A stretch of DNA of 64,000 bases, from contig CAKOUO010000006.1 in NCBI GenBank assembly GCA_934120645.1, forward strand, positions 3,637 to 67,636. The letters run 5' to 3'. The notes below the pieces were generated by a model, which was not told where the DNA came from, did no database searches, and saw nothing but the letters and a program-made list of their open reading frames with translations. Source of the DNA: an uncultured Clostridia bacterium (GTDB lineage: Bacteria > Bacillota > Clostridia > TANB77 > CAG-508). Shown piece after piece: positions 41,613-50,450 of the stretch; the first letter of the stretch is position 1; every line of letters begins with the position of its first letter. The translations under genes and the position numbers were made by a program.

Positions 41613-43087
41613 AAAAGATAAACAAAAAAGATATAATAATATTTTCTATAATGTTAATAATCACATTAATAATATTTAGCAAATATTTAACAGGTTATTT
41701 TGCAACAGACACATATAGTATATATTTAAGAGGCTATGAAGATTATGCTATAAAGAATTCGCTAAATGATGGAAGAATAATAATGGGATTAATAGGTATA
41801 TTAGCAAATATGATAAATATACCAATAAAAATATATACAATAATATTAATAACACTTTCATTAGTAACATCATGTTTTTCGATAATGATATTAAAAAATA
41901 TGATATTAGAATTAAAAGATGCTAAATCTAAAGTTGTTGCTTTTTTAGTAACAATAATAAGCTATTATACAATATTTAATTTTATGTATATAGAAAATTT
42001 AGGATTTGTAGAATGTTTTGTTATGGCACTAAGTATACTGTTTTATTTATTAGCAACTAAAAATTTAATTACACAAAATAAAAAATCATATATAAAAGCA
42101 ACAATATTCTTAATATTAGGTGTAATGTCATATCAAGGAACAATATCTATGTACTTTTTATCTGTTTTTGTATTTTCAATATTGAAAGAAGAAAATATAA
42201 AAAATATTGCAAAAAATATTGTTATTTGCATAGTAATGGCAATTGTTGCTGTTATTGTAAATTATTTAGAAATTAAATTAGTTGGACAAATATTTGGAAC
42301 AAACCAAACAAGAACATCTGGATTTAGTAATTTAAAAAATAATATTATATACATTATAAATAATTCTAGAAGAGCTATAATATATACAGGAAGTTTACTA
42401 CCACAATACTGGTATTTAGGATTTTTAAGTATTATAGAAACAGTGGTAATAATAAAAAGTATAATTCAAAAAAATCCATACATAATAATGGAACAACTAA
42501 TGATAATTATTGTAAGTATTATTTTAGGTTTTATAATTTCAGTTATAGATTTATCAGGATTTTGGTCAGGAAGAATAAGATTTTCAATAGGTGCAACAAT
42601 TGGATTTTTATTCTTACATTTATATGTAAAAACAAACTGGTTAGAAGAAGAAAAAATATCAAATAATATATTAATAGTAATATTTTTAGTATATGGAATA
42701 ATAAATACAGTAACATATATAAATGTTACAAATATTGGGAAAATGGTAAATGAGTTAGACCAAAAAATTTCAGAAGAAATAAAACAATATATGATACAAT
42801 ATGAAGAACAAACAAATATTAAAGTAACAAAAATAGCAATTATAAATGGAGGCTCAACAATAAAGGCATATTATAAAGAATTAGGATATAAAGGAGCTGT
42901 GCCAACTACAAGTGCAGTAAGAACAAGTTGGGCTGTTAGAGGAATAATAAATTATTATACACAAAAAGAATTAGAAGAAGTATCTGTAAATAAAAAACAA
43001 GAAGAGTATTATATAGAAAATGTAGATAAAAATAAGGAATATATGTGTGTAGAAGATACATTATACATAACTTCATATATGTATTAA
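41609..43087 (+). CDS. GtrII-like polytopic glucosyltransferase-like membrane protein (paralog B)
   Basis: YFATDTYSIYLRGYEDYAIKNSLNDGRIIM. Collinear with 37191..38624, including the C-terminal ...TSYMY. Confidence 0.5.
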   Translation: MKKINKKDIIIFSIMLIITLIIFSKYLTGYFATDTYSIYLRGYEDYAIKNSLNDGRIIMGLIGILANMINIPIKIYTIILITLSLVTSCFSIMILKNMILELKDAKSKVVAFLVTIISYYTIFNFMYIENLGFVECFVMALSILFYLLATKNLITQNKKSYIKATIFLILGVMSYQGTISMYFLSVFVFSILKEENIKNIAKNIVICIVMAIVAVIVNYLEIKLVGQIFGTNQTRTSGFSNLKNNIIYIINNSRRAIIYTGSLLPQYWYLGFLSIIETVVIIKSIIQKNPYIIMEQLMIIIVSIILGFIISVIDLSGFWSGRIRFSIGATIGFLFLHLYVKTNWLEEEKISNNILIVIFLVYGIINTVTYINVTNIGKMVNELDQKISEEIKQYMIQYEEQTNIKVTKIAIINGGSTIKAYYKELGYKGAVPTTSAVRTSWAVRGIINYYTQKELEEVSVNKKQEEYYIENVDKNKEYMCVEDTLYITSYMY

Positions 43088-43102
43088 TTAGGAGGAAAAA
43101 AA

Positions 43103-45826
43103 TTGGACAAATTAGTATTAATAGATGGTAATAGCATAATGAATAGAGCTTTTTATGGTATTATGGGAAGCAAAACATTAACAAGTAAAGATGGAAAGTA
43201 TACAAATGCTATTTATGGTTTTTTAGCTATATTATTTAAATTATTAGAAGAAGAAAAACCAGAATATATAGCAGTAACATTTGATTTAAAAGCTCCAACA
43301 GCAAGACATAAATTATATGATGGGTATAAAGCAACAAGAAAAGGAATGCCTCAAGAGTTAGCTGAACAAATGCCTATAATAAAAGATATTTTAAGAGCAA
43401 TGAATATAGATATAATAGAAAAAGAAGGCTATGAAGGTGATGATGTAATAGGAACATTATCAAGATTTGGAGAGAAAAAAGGATTAGAAGTAGTAATTCT
43501 TTCAGGAGATAGAGATACATTTCAATTAGCAACAGATAAGGTAAGAATAAATATACCAAGAACTAAGGCAGGAAAAACAGAAACAGAAATCTTTGATAGA
43601 GAAAAAGTAAAAGAAGTTTATGGAATAGAACCAAAACAATTAATAGAAGTAAAAGGATTACAAGGAGATACATCTGACAATATACCAGGAGTTCCAGGAA
43701 TAGGAGAAAAAACAGCATTATCTTTAATACAAAAATATGAAACAATAGATAATTTGTATAAAAAATTAGAAGCAGGAGAAGCAGATGTAAAAGGAAAACA
43801 AAAAGAAAAATTGGAAGAAAATAAAGATTTAGCTTATCTTTCAAGAACATTGGGAGAGATAAATGTAAATGTTCCAATAGAAGATACTTTAGAACAATTA
43901 AAATTAGAAGAATGGGATAAACAAAAGGTATTAGAAATATTTAAGCAATTAAATTTTAAAAGATATATAGAAAGATTTAATTTGTTAGATGAAAATACCC
44001 AAGAACAATCAGAAAATAAAGATTTAGATAAACTATATAAAATAGAAAACAAATCAATAGAAGACATTAAAAAAATTATAAAAGAAAACAAAGAAATAAC
44101 ATTTTATATTAATACAGAAAAAGAAGAAAATGATGAAAAAATCATAAAAGAAAAAATAACAGGAATAGGAATTTTTAATAATAAACTAAAAGAAGCATAT
44201 TACTATGAATTCAAAGAAGAAAAAGATGTTCAAGAATTAAAAGAAATATTTGAATCAGAAGAAATATCAAAAATTGGAATAGATTTAAGTAAAGTATATA
44301 TATTATTAAAACAACAAAATATTCAAATAAAACAAATAAAATATGATGTATCAATAGCTGCATATATATTAAATCCAAATGATAATAAATTAACAATAAA
44401 TAGTTTAGCAGACAAATATCTAGAAATAGATGTAAGCGAATTATTAGAAGATAATAATAAACAAGAGCAAATAAATTTATTTGATACATTAAATAAAGAA
44501 GTTAATATAAAAGAAAATGAAAGTATAGCCAAAAAAACAACTTTATATGCTTGGATAATTTCTCAATTAAAAGAAATAACAACAAAAAAATTAGAAGAAA
44601 TAAATGCAATTTCATTATTTAATAATATAGATATGCCAACAGTAACAGTACTTGCAGATATGCAATGGAATGGAATGTATGCAGATGAAGAAGAACTTAA
44701 TAAATTTGGAAACAAATTAAAAGAACAATTAGAAATAAAAACAAAAATTATATATGAAATGGCAGGAGAAGAATTTAATATAAATTCAACAAAACAGCTT
44801 GGAGAAATTCTTTTTGAAAAAATGAAATTACCAGTTATAAAGAAAACAAAGAGCGGATATTCAACAGATGTAGATGTATTAGAAAAATTAAAATCCGAAG
44901 ATCCAATAATTCAAGAAATATTGGATTATAGACAATTAATGAAATTAAATTCAACATATGTTGAAGGATTAAAACCATATATAAACCCAAAAACAAAAAG
45001 AATACATTCATTTTTCCATCAAACAATAACTGCAACAGGCAGAATTAGTTCAACAGAACCAAACTTGCAAAACATCCCAACAAGATTTGAACTAGGTAAA
45101 CAAGTAAGAAAAATATTTAAACCAGAACAAGGAAAAATCTATATAGATGCAGACTATTCACAAATAGAACTAAGAGTATTAGCACATATGTCAGAAGATA
45201 AGCATATGATACAAGCATTTAAAGAAGGTCAAGACATACATAAACAAGCTGCATCAAAAGTATTTAAAACACCAATTGATGAAGTAACAAAAGAACAAAG
45301 AAGTAACGCAAAAGCAGTAAACTTTGGAATAGTATATGGAATTAGTGACTTTGGACTAGGAGAACAATTAGGAATATCAAGAAAAATAGCCAAAAAATAT
45401 ATAGAAGAATATTTACAAGAATATGAAGGCATAAAACAATTTATGGATAAAACAAAAGAAAAAGCAAAAGAAACAGGTTATGTAGAAACATTATTTAACA
45501 GAAGAAGATATATTCCAGAATTAAAATCAAACAATTATATGGTAAGACAATTTGGAGAAAGAGCAGCCATGAATACTCCTATACAAGGAACTGCTGCTGA
45601 TATAATGAAAATAGCAATGATAAATGTATATAATAAATTAATAGAAAAAGGATTAAAATCCAAAATAGTATTACAAGTCCATGATGAAATGATGATAGAA
45701 GCACCAATTGAAGAAGCAGAAGAAGTTAAAAAAATAGTAAAACAATCAATGGAAGAAGCGGTAACACTAAAAATTCCATTAATAGCAGAAGTATCAGAAG
45801 CAGAAAACTGGTATGAGTGCAAATGA
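43103..45826 (+). CDS. polA: DNA polymerase I
   Basis: 5' nuclease domain (LIDGNSIMNRAFY), SDNIPGVPGIGEKTA, DYSQIELRVLAH, QVHDE, C-terminal ENWYECK. TTG start with AGGAGG SD. Confidence 0.95.
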   Translation: MDKLVLIDGNSIMNRAFYGIMGSKTLTSKDGKYTNAIYGFLAILFKLLEEEKPEYIAVTFDLKAPTARHKLYDGYKATRKGMPQELAEQMPIIKDILRAMNIDIIEKEGYEGDDVIGTLSRFGEKKGLEVVILSGDRDTFQLATDKVRINIPRTKAGKTETEIFDREKVKEVYGIEPKQLIEVKGLQGDTSDNIPGVPGIGEKTALSLIQKYETIDNLYKKLEAGEADVKGKQKEKLEENKDLAYLSRTLGEINVNVPIEDTLEQLKLEEWDKQKVLEIFKQLNFKRYIERFNLLDENTQEQSENKDLDKLYKIENKSIEDIKKIIKENKEITFYINTEKEENDEKIIKEKITGIGIFNNKLKEAYYYEFKEEKDVQELKEIFESEEISKIGIDLSKVYILLKQQNIQIKQIKYDVSIAAYILNPNDNKLTINSLADKYLEIDVSELLEDNNKQEQINLFDTLNKEVNIKENESIAKKTTLYAWIISQLKEITTKKLEEINAISLFNNIDMPTVTVLADMQWNGMYADEEELNKFGNKLKEQLEIKTKIIYEMAGEEFNINSTKQLGEILFEKMKLPVIKKTKSGYSTDVDVLEKLKSEDPIIQEILDYRQLMKLNSTYVEGLKPYINPKTKRIHSFFHQTITATGRISSTEPNLQNIPTRFELGKQVRKIFKPEQGKIYIDADYSQIELRVLAHMSEDKHMIQAFKEGQDIHKQAASKVFKTPIDEVTKEQRSNAKAVNFGIVYGISDFGLGEQLGISRKIAKKYIEEYLQEYEGIKQFMDKTKEKAKETGYVETLFNRRRYIPELKSNNYMVRQFGERAAMNTPIQGTAADIMKIAMINVYNKLIEKGLKSKIVLQVHDEMMIEAPIEEAEEVKKIVKQSMEEAVTLKIPLIAEVSEAENWYECK

Positions 45827-45854
45827 CCTTTTGGGGACGTTTCCCAAATGGACA
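45824..45854 (+). repeat. REP-A copy 4
   Basis: TGACCTTTTGGGGACGTTTCCCAAATGGACA. Its first three bases are the polA TGA stop. Confidence 0.85.
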
Positions 45855-45919
45855 TTTTATGATTTTTAGCAGATAAAAATTTTGTATGATAATGAGCAAT
45901 GCGAAAGGAGTAGATAAAA

Positions 45920-46489
45920 ATAGTTGTTATAAGAAAAAAAACATTAATAATTTTATTTGTATTAATTATTATATGTATAGTAATAGCTTTTATGGACATT
46001 CCTGGAAAAATAAAGAAGACAATTTATAAAAAAGAATATAGTGAATATGTATCAAAATATTCAGAAAAATATGGAGTTGATGAAAATCTGATTTATGCAT
46101 TAATAAAAGCTGAAAGTAATTTTAATGAGAAAGCACATTCAACTAAAGATGCATTGGGGTTAATGCAACTAATGGAAAGTACAGCAAAAGATATTGTAAA
46201 GAAAACAGATTTAGAAATTTCATCAAATAATATAAGAGAAAGTTTATTAGATAGTGAAATTAATATAAATTTAGGAACTAAATACTTATCTATATTAATA
46301 GAAAAATATAAAAATATAGAAATAGCAATAACTGCTTACAATGCAGGAATTGGAACAGTAGATACTTGGATAGAAAAAGGAATAATAAAAGCAGATGGAA
46401 CTGATATAGAAAATATTCCTTACAGAGAAACAAATAACTATGTAAGGAAAATACTAAGAGATTACAAAATATATCAAAAGATGTATTGA
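45920..46489 (+). CDS. membrane-anchored lytic transglycosylase (SLT domain); start codon uncertain
   Basis: SLT motifs ALIKAESNFN, GLMQL, AYNAG. The in-frame upstream TM segment TLIILFVLIIICIVIAF has no ATG/GTG/TTG. AAAGGAG sits 9 nt before ATA 45920. The first ATG is at 45992. Confidence 0.7.
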   Translation: MVVIRKKTLIILFVLIIICIVIAFMDIPGKIKKTIYKKEYSEYVSKYSEKYGVDENLIYALIKAESNFNEKAHSTKDALGLMQLMESTAKDIVKKTDLEISSNNIRESLLDSEININLGTKYLSILIEKYKNIEIAITAYNAGIGTVDTWIEKGIIKADGTDIENIPYRETNNYVRKILRDYKIYQKMY

Positions 46490-46553
46490 AACTACTAGAC
46501 AAATAATGAAAAATGCAATAAAATAGTATAGAAGTAAAAGAAGGAGAAAACTT

Positions 46554-47801
46554 ATGATATTAGAACAATTAATTTTTACAATATTTGCATTTACATTGTT
46601 TGTCTATACTTTTTTTAGGATGATAAGACAAAATGATACAAACTATATAGTAATACTAATACTGCAAGCAATAGGGATAGCAATAAACTTTATAGAAGTT
46701 TTAGCAAAATTACAATTAGGAATATTCTTAGAAATTATAAAATATTTATCAGGAATAATACTACCAGTAGGAATTATAGTATTAGAAAAAAAAGGAATAC
46801 CATTAATACAAATATTAAATGTAGCAAAAGCAAAGATATATTTAAAATTAGGAAATAACAAAAAAGCAAAAGAACAATTAATAAATTTAGTATCTAGATA
46901 CCCAGAAAATTATATAGGACACAAGATGTTAGCAGAAATATATCAAACAGAGGGTGGAATGAGAAGAGCAATAGATGAATATGTCCAAGCAATAGATATA
47001 AATAAACAAGATTATGATTCTTATTACAAAGTAGCAGAATTGTTAAATAATTTGGATAAATCAGATGAAGCGGCACAGATGTTATTTAGCTTATTGAGCA
47101 AAAAACCAGAATATGAAAATGCAACAAGATTATTAGGAGAAATACTAATAGAAAACGAAATGTATAAAGAAGCGGTAAACATATACCAAGATGCATTAAA
47201 ATATCATCCAACAAGCTATGAATTTAATTATAATTTAGGAATAGCATACACTATGCTAAATGATTTTCAAAATGCAAAAATATGTTATGAAAAAGCAGCA
47301 GAATTAAATTCATTATTATATAATGCAAAATATTCATTAGCAGAAATAGAATTAATATATAAAGAACTAGATGAAGCCGAAAAATATTTTATGCAAGCAC
47401 TAGAAGATGATGAATTAGCAGCAGATAGTTATTATGAACTTTCAAAAATAGCAATGGTTAGAGGAGATAAGGATAAAGCTATAAATTATGCAAATGTCGC
47501 AATTGATGCAAACTCAGCAAAAATAGTTCCAAAAATAAAAAAAGATCCAATATTTATACCAATAATGGCTAGAATATCTATACCTTTTAATCTACAAAAT
47601 GGAATAGATAATGACGAAAAGAAGAATAAATTAAAAGCAAAAGAAATTAAAGCAAAAGAACATTTAGAAGATATGTTTGAAATAACTAGAAATTTAAGTT
47701 ATGATGATATTAGACTATTAAATACAAATAAATCAGAAAAAAACGGAAAGAAAATAAACATAGAAGAAAAAGAAGATAATCAAAAAGAAAGACAAGAATA
47801 A
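46554..47801 (+). CDS. TPR repeat protein with N-terminal transmembrane segments
   Basis: Three N-terminal TM helices followed by repeated 34-aa TPR-like units (AxxxYxxAxxxxP patterns). Confidence 0.65.
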   Translation: MILEQLIFTIFAFTLFVYTFFRMIRQNDTNYIVILILQAIGIAINFIEVLAKLQLGIFLEIIKYLSGIILPVGIIVLEKKGIPLIQILNVAKAKIYLKLGNNKKAKEQLINLVSRYPENYIGHKMLAEIYQTEGGMRRAIDEYVQAIDINKQDYDSYYKVAELLNNLDKSDEAAQMLFSLLSKKPEYENATRLLGEILIENEMYKEAVNIYQDALKYHPTSYEFNYNLGIAYTMLNDFQNAKICYEKAAELNSLLYNAKYSLAEIELIYKELDEAEKYFMQALEDDELAADSYYELSKIAMVRGDKDKAINYANVAIDANSAKIVPKIKKDPIFIPIMARISIPFNLQNGIDNDEKKNKLKAKEIKAKEHLEDMFEITRNLSYDDIRLLNTNKSEKNGKKINIEEKEDNQKERQE

Positions 47802-47871
47802 TTAATTGTAGCTCATAAAATCTTAAAAAATAAATATAATAATAGTAAAACAAAAAAGAAAGAGGGATTTT

Positions 47872-48753
47872 ATGAGTACAAATTTTACTGTTGTAGGTGG
47901 AGATTTAAGAATTATAAAGTTAGCACAAATGTTAGCTGAAGATGGAAATAAAATATATGCATATGGTGTTGAAAAGGCGGAAGAATTAAAAACAAATCCA
48001 AACATTAAAATATGCGAAAAATTATCAGAAGCAATAAAAACATCAGAAATTATAATAGGACCAATACCATTTTCAAGTAATGGAAAAGATATAAATGCAC
48101 CATTTAGTGATAACCATATATCAATTAGAGAAATTATGCATTTAATAAATGCAAAAATTCTAATAGCAGGAAGTATAACACCAGAAGTTTATGACTTAGC
48201 AAATGATGAATATATAGAAATAATTGATATTTTAAAAAGAGAGGAATTAGCAGTTTTAAATACTATTTCAACAGCAGAAGGAACAATTGAAATTATAATA
48301 GCAAATACTAATAAAATAATCCATGGAAGTAATGTTTTAGTATTAGGATTTGGAAGGATAGGTAAAGTATTAGCAAGAAAACTTGCAGGATTATCAGCAA
48401 AAGTTACTTGTGCTGCAAGAAAAGATGAAGATTTAGCATGGATAAAAGCATATGGACATAAAGGAACAAATATAAATACACTAGGAGAAAATTTAGCAGA
48501 ATACGACATAATAATAAATACAGTACCACATCTTATTTTAACAGAAGAAAGACTAAAATATATTAAAGAAGATTGTTTATTAGTAGATTTAGCATCAAAT
48601 CCAGGAGGAATAGATAAAAGAGCTGCAAAAGACAAAAATCTAAAATTAATATGGGCATTAGCATTACCAGGAAAAGTAGCACCAGTCACAACAGCAGAAT
48701 TTATAAAAGATACAGTTTATAATGTTTTAAAAGAAATATATAAAAATAATTAA
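47872..48753 (+). CDS. dpaA: dipicolinate synthase subunit A (SpoVFA/DpaA)
   Basis: VVGGDLR N-terminus, NTISTAEGTIE, HGSNVLVLGFGRIGK, VDLASNPGG, ALPGKVAP. Collinear with B. subtilis SpoVFA as recalled. Confidence 0.8.
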   Translation: MSTNFTVVGGDLRIIKLAQMLAEDGNKIYAYGVEKAEELKTNPNIKICEKLSEAIKTSEIIIGPIPFSSNGKDINAPFSDNHISIREIMHLINAKILIAGSITPEVYDLANDEYIEIIDILKREELAVLNTISTAEGTIEIIIANTNKIIHGSNVLVLGFGRIGKVLARKLAGLSAKVTCAARKDEDLAWIKAYGHKGTNINTLGENLAEYDIIINTVPHLILTEERLKYIKEDCLLVDLASNPGGIDKRAAKDKNLKLIWALALPGKVAPVTTAEFIKDTVYNVLKEIYKNN

Positions 48754-48772
48754 CAAAGAGAGGTTGAAAAAA

Positions 48773-49564
48773 ATGAACGAAATTTTACAAGCATTAATTT
48801 TAGGAGTTGTTCAAGGATTAACAGAACTATTACCAATATCAAGTTCAGCACATTTAAATTTAATACCATGGATATTTAATTGGGATATACCCGCAAGCTT
48901 TGATGTAGCATTACATTTTGGTACATTACTTGCTATAGTATTATTTTTCTACAAAGACTGGGTAGCACTTATAAAAGGTGGATATAAACAAGTAGTAAAA
49001 AAAGAAAAAAGTTTTGAAGGAAAAATGTTTTGGTATTTAGTAGCTGCTACTATACCAGGTGGAGCAATAGGATTTTTATTAGATCACTTTGTAGGAGATA
49101 CTTTAGGAAAAATGCCATTATTAATTGCAACAGCATTAATTGTAATGGGTATAGTTCTTTACATAGTAGATAAAAAAGCACCTGCAAAGACAGATTATAA
49201 ACATATGACATTTAAACAAACATTTTTAATAGGATTTTCACAAGCTCTAGCATTTATTCCTGGAGTATCACGTTCAGGAATTACTATGACAACAGGTAGA
49301 GCTATGGGAGTAGATAGAGAATCAACAGCTAAATATTCATTTTTATTATCAACACCAATAGTATTAGGAGCAACACTATATAAATTTAAAGATTTTGTAT
49401 TTGGTATGCCATTTTTTATTGGAGTATTAGCAAGTTTTATTGTAGGAGTTTTAGTTATAAAATTCTTATTAGAATATTTAAAAAAAGGAAGTTTCAAAGT
49501 CTTTGCTATATATAGAATAATACTTGGATTAGCTGTTATCGGATTATATATAATAAGATTATAA
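48773..49564 (+). CDS. uppP: undecaprenyl-diphosphate phosphatase
   Basis: GVVQGLTELLPISSSAHL, PGVSRSGITM. ATG 48773 is preferred (SD GAGAGG). The track's TTG is at 48764. Confidence 0.9.
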   Translation: MNEILQALILGVVQGLTELLPISSSAHLNLIPWIFNWDIPASFDVALHFGTLLAIVLFFYKDWVALIKGGYKQVVKKEKSFEGKMFWYLVAATIPGGAIGFLLDHFVGDTLGKMPLLIATALIVMGIVLYIVDKKAPAKTDYKHMTFKQTFLIGFSQALAFIPGVSRSGITMTTGRAMGVDRESTAKYSFLLSTPIVLGATLYKFKDFVFGMPFFIGVLASFIVGVLVIKFLLEYLKKGSFKVFAIYRIILGLAVIGLYIIRL

Positions 49565-49573
49565 TAATAAAAG

Positions 49574-49612
49574 TAACACAAAGTATTTAAATACGCTTTG
49601 TGTTATTTTTTT
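49574..49612. terminator. intrinsic terminator (between uppP and the convergent Rpn-like gene)
   Basis: TAACACAAAG-loop-CTTTGTGTTA followed by TTTTTTT. Confidence 0.75.
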
Positions 49613-49634
49613 ATTTATTTAATTGCTAGACCTG

Positions 49635-50186
49635 TTATTTTTGCATTTTTATAAATTCATGTAAATCTACAAAATTATAATTTGAAAATTCAACATTCCA
49701 ATTTTGTTTTCCTGTATATAATACAATAGGGAATATAGCTGGAAAACTATAATTTTTGTTTTCTATTTTTGATAAATCAATTGCACTTTTCATAATTTCC
49801 ATTTCATATTCTAAAATTCTATAAGGTGTAGAATAATCTACTTTTGATTGATGTTCTATTAAAATGAAAATATTAGTATCTTTTAATTTATAAACTATAT
49901 TATCTTCTTGATTTTGAAATAAATTGCTAACATAGCTAATGTTATACTTTTCTATATTATCTTCAGTAATATGTGTTTTTAAAACATTATTTATAAATTT
50001 TGTAGCATCTTTTTTATTATCCAAAAGAGTTTTAAAAATTTTATCATGTTCATTAATTAAATGATATTTAGAAGAAAAATCATGAACACTTCCGGTAATA
50101 TTTTTATTTTCTACAATATTCCATAAATTTTCAAAAGGTCCTTTATAATTTAAATAATCAGAATAAGTAAATATTTTTATATATAT
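49635..50186 (-). pseudogene. Rpn/YhgA-like PD-(D/E)XK recombination-promoting nuclease/putative transposase, probably truncated or degraded
   Basis: HDKIFKTLL..ATKFINNVL then FILIEHQSKVDYSTPYRILEYE. The ORF is open from 50186, but the first canonical start (TTG 50024) lies after the conserved HDxxFK motif. At about 185 aa it is short for the family. Confidence 0.5.
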
Positions 50187-50389
50187 TCATCTCCTTTATT
50201 ATAATATTTTGTAATTGATAAGTTATTATTTAATGGATTTTTTTAGATAACAATAAATTTGAAAAAATTTAAATAATTGAAATAATTAATAATTATATTA
50301 CTATAAAAATAAAATTATTGCAATAATTTTTCATCGCAAGTTTCGACAAAAATGTATTAATATACAACTAAAAATATTTAAATATAATA

Positions 50390-50418
50390 TTGCCAATGAA
50401 ATTTAGATAGTATATAAT
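50390..50418 (+). promoter_or_regulatory. putative sigma-A promoter of P4
   Basis: TTGCCA (50390-50395), 17-nt spacer, TATAAT (50413-50418). Confidence 0.4.
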
Positions 50419-50450
50419 TATTAAAAATAACAGAAGAAAGAGGTAAAAGT

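Noticed and set aside
45824-45826. Alternative genetic code (TGA read as Trp, as in Mollicutes) suggested by the extreme AT content
   Set aside because: polA ends at its conserved C-terminus (..NWYECK) with TGA. Other ORFs show no in-frame TGA that would need read-through. Sporulation genes indicate a Clostridia-like organism that uses code 11.
45535-45999. 154-aa minus-strand ORF spanning the polA 3' end, REP-A copy 4 and the SLT upstream region
   Set aside because: It is antisense to polA. It includes the REP translation (WETSPKGH). It conflicts with the SD-supported + strand SLT gene.
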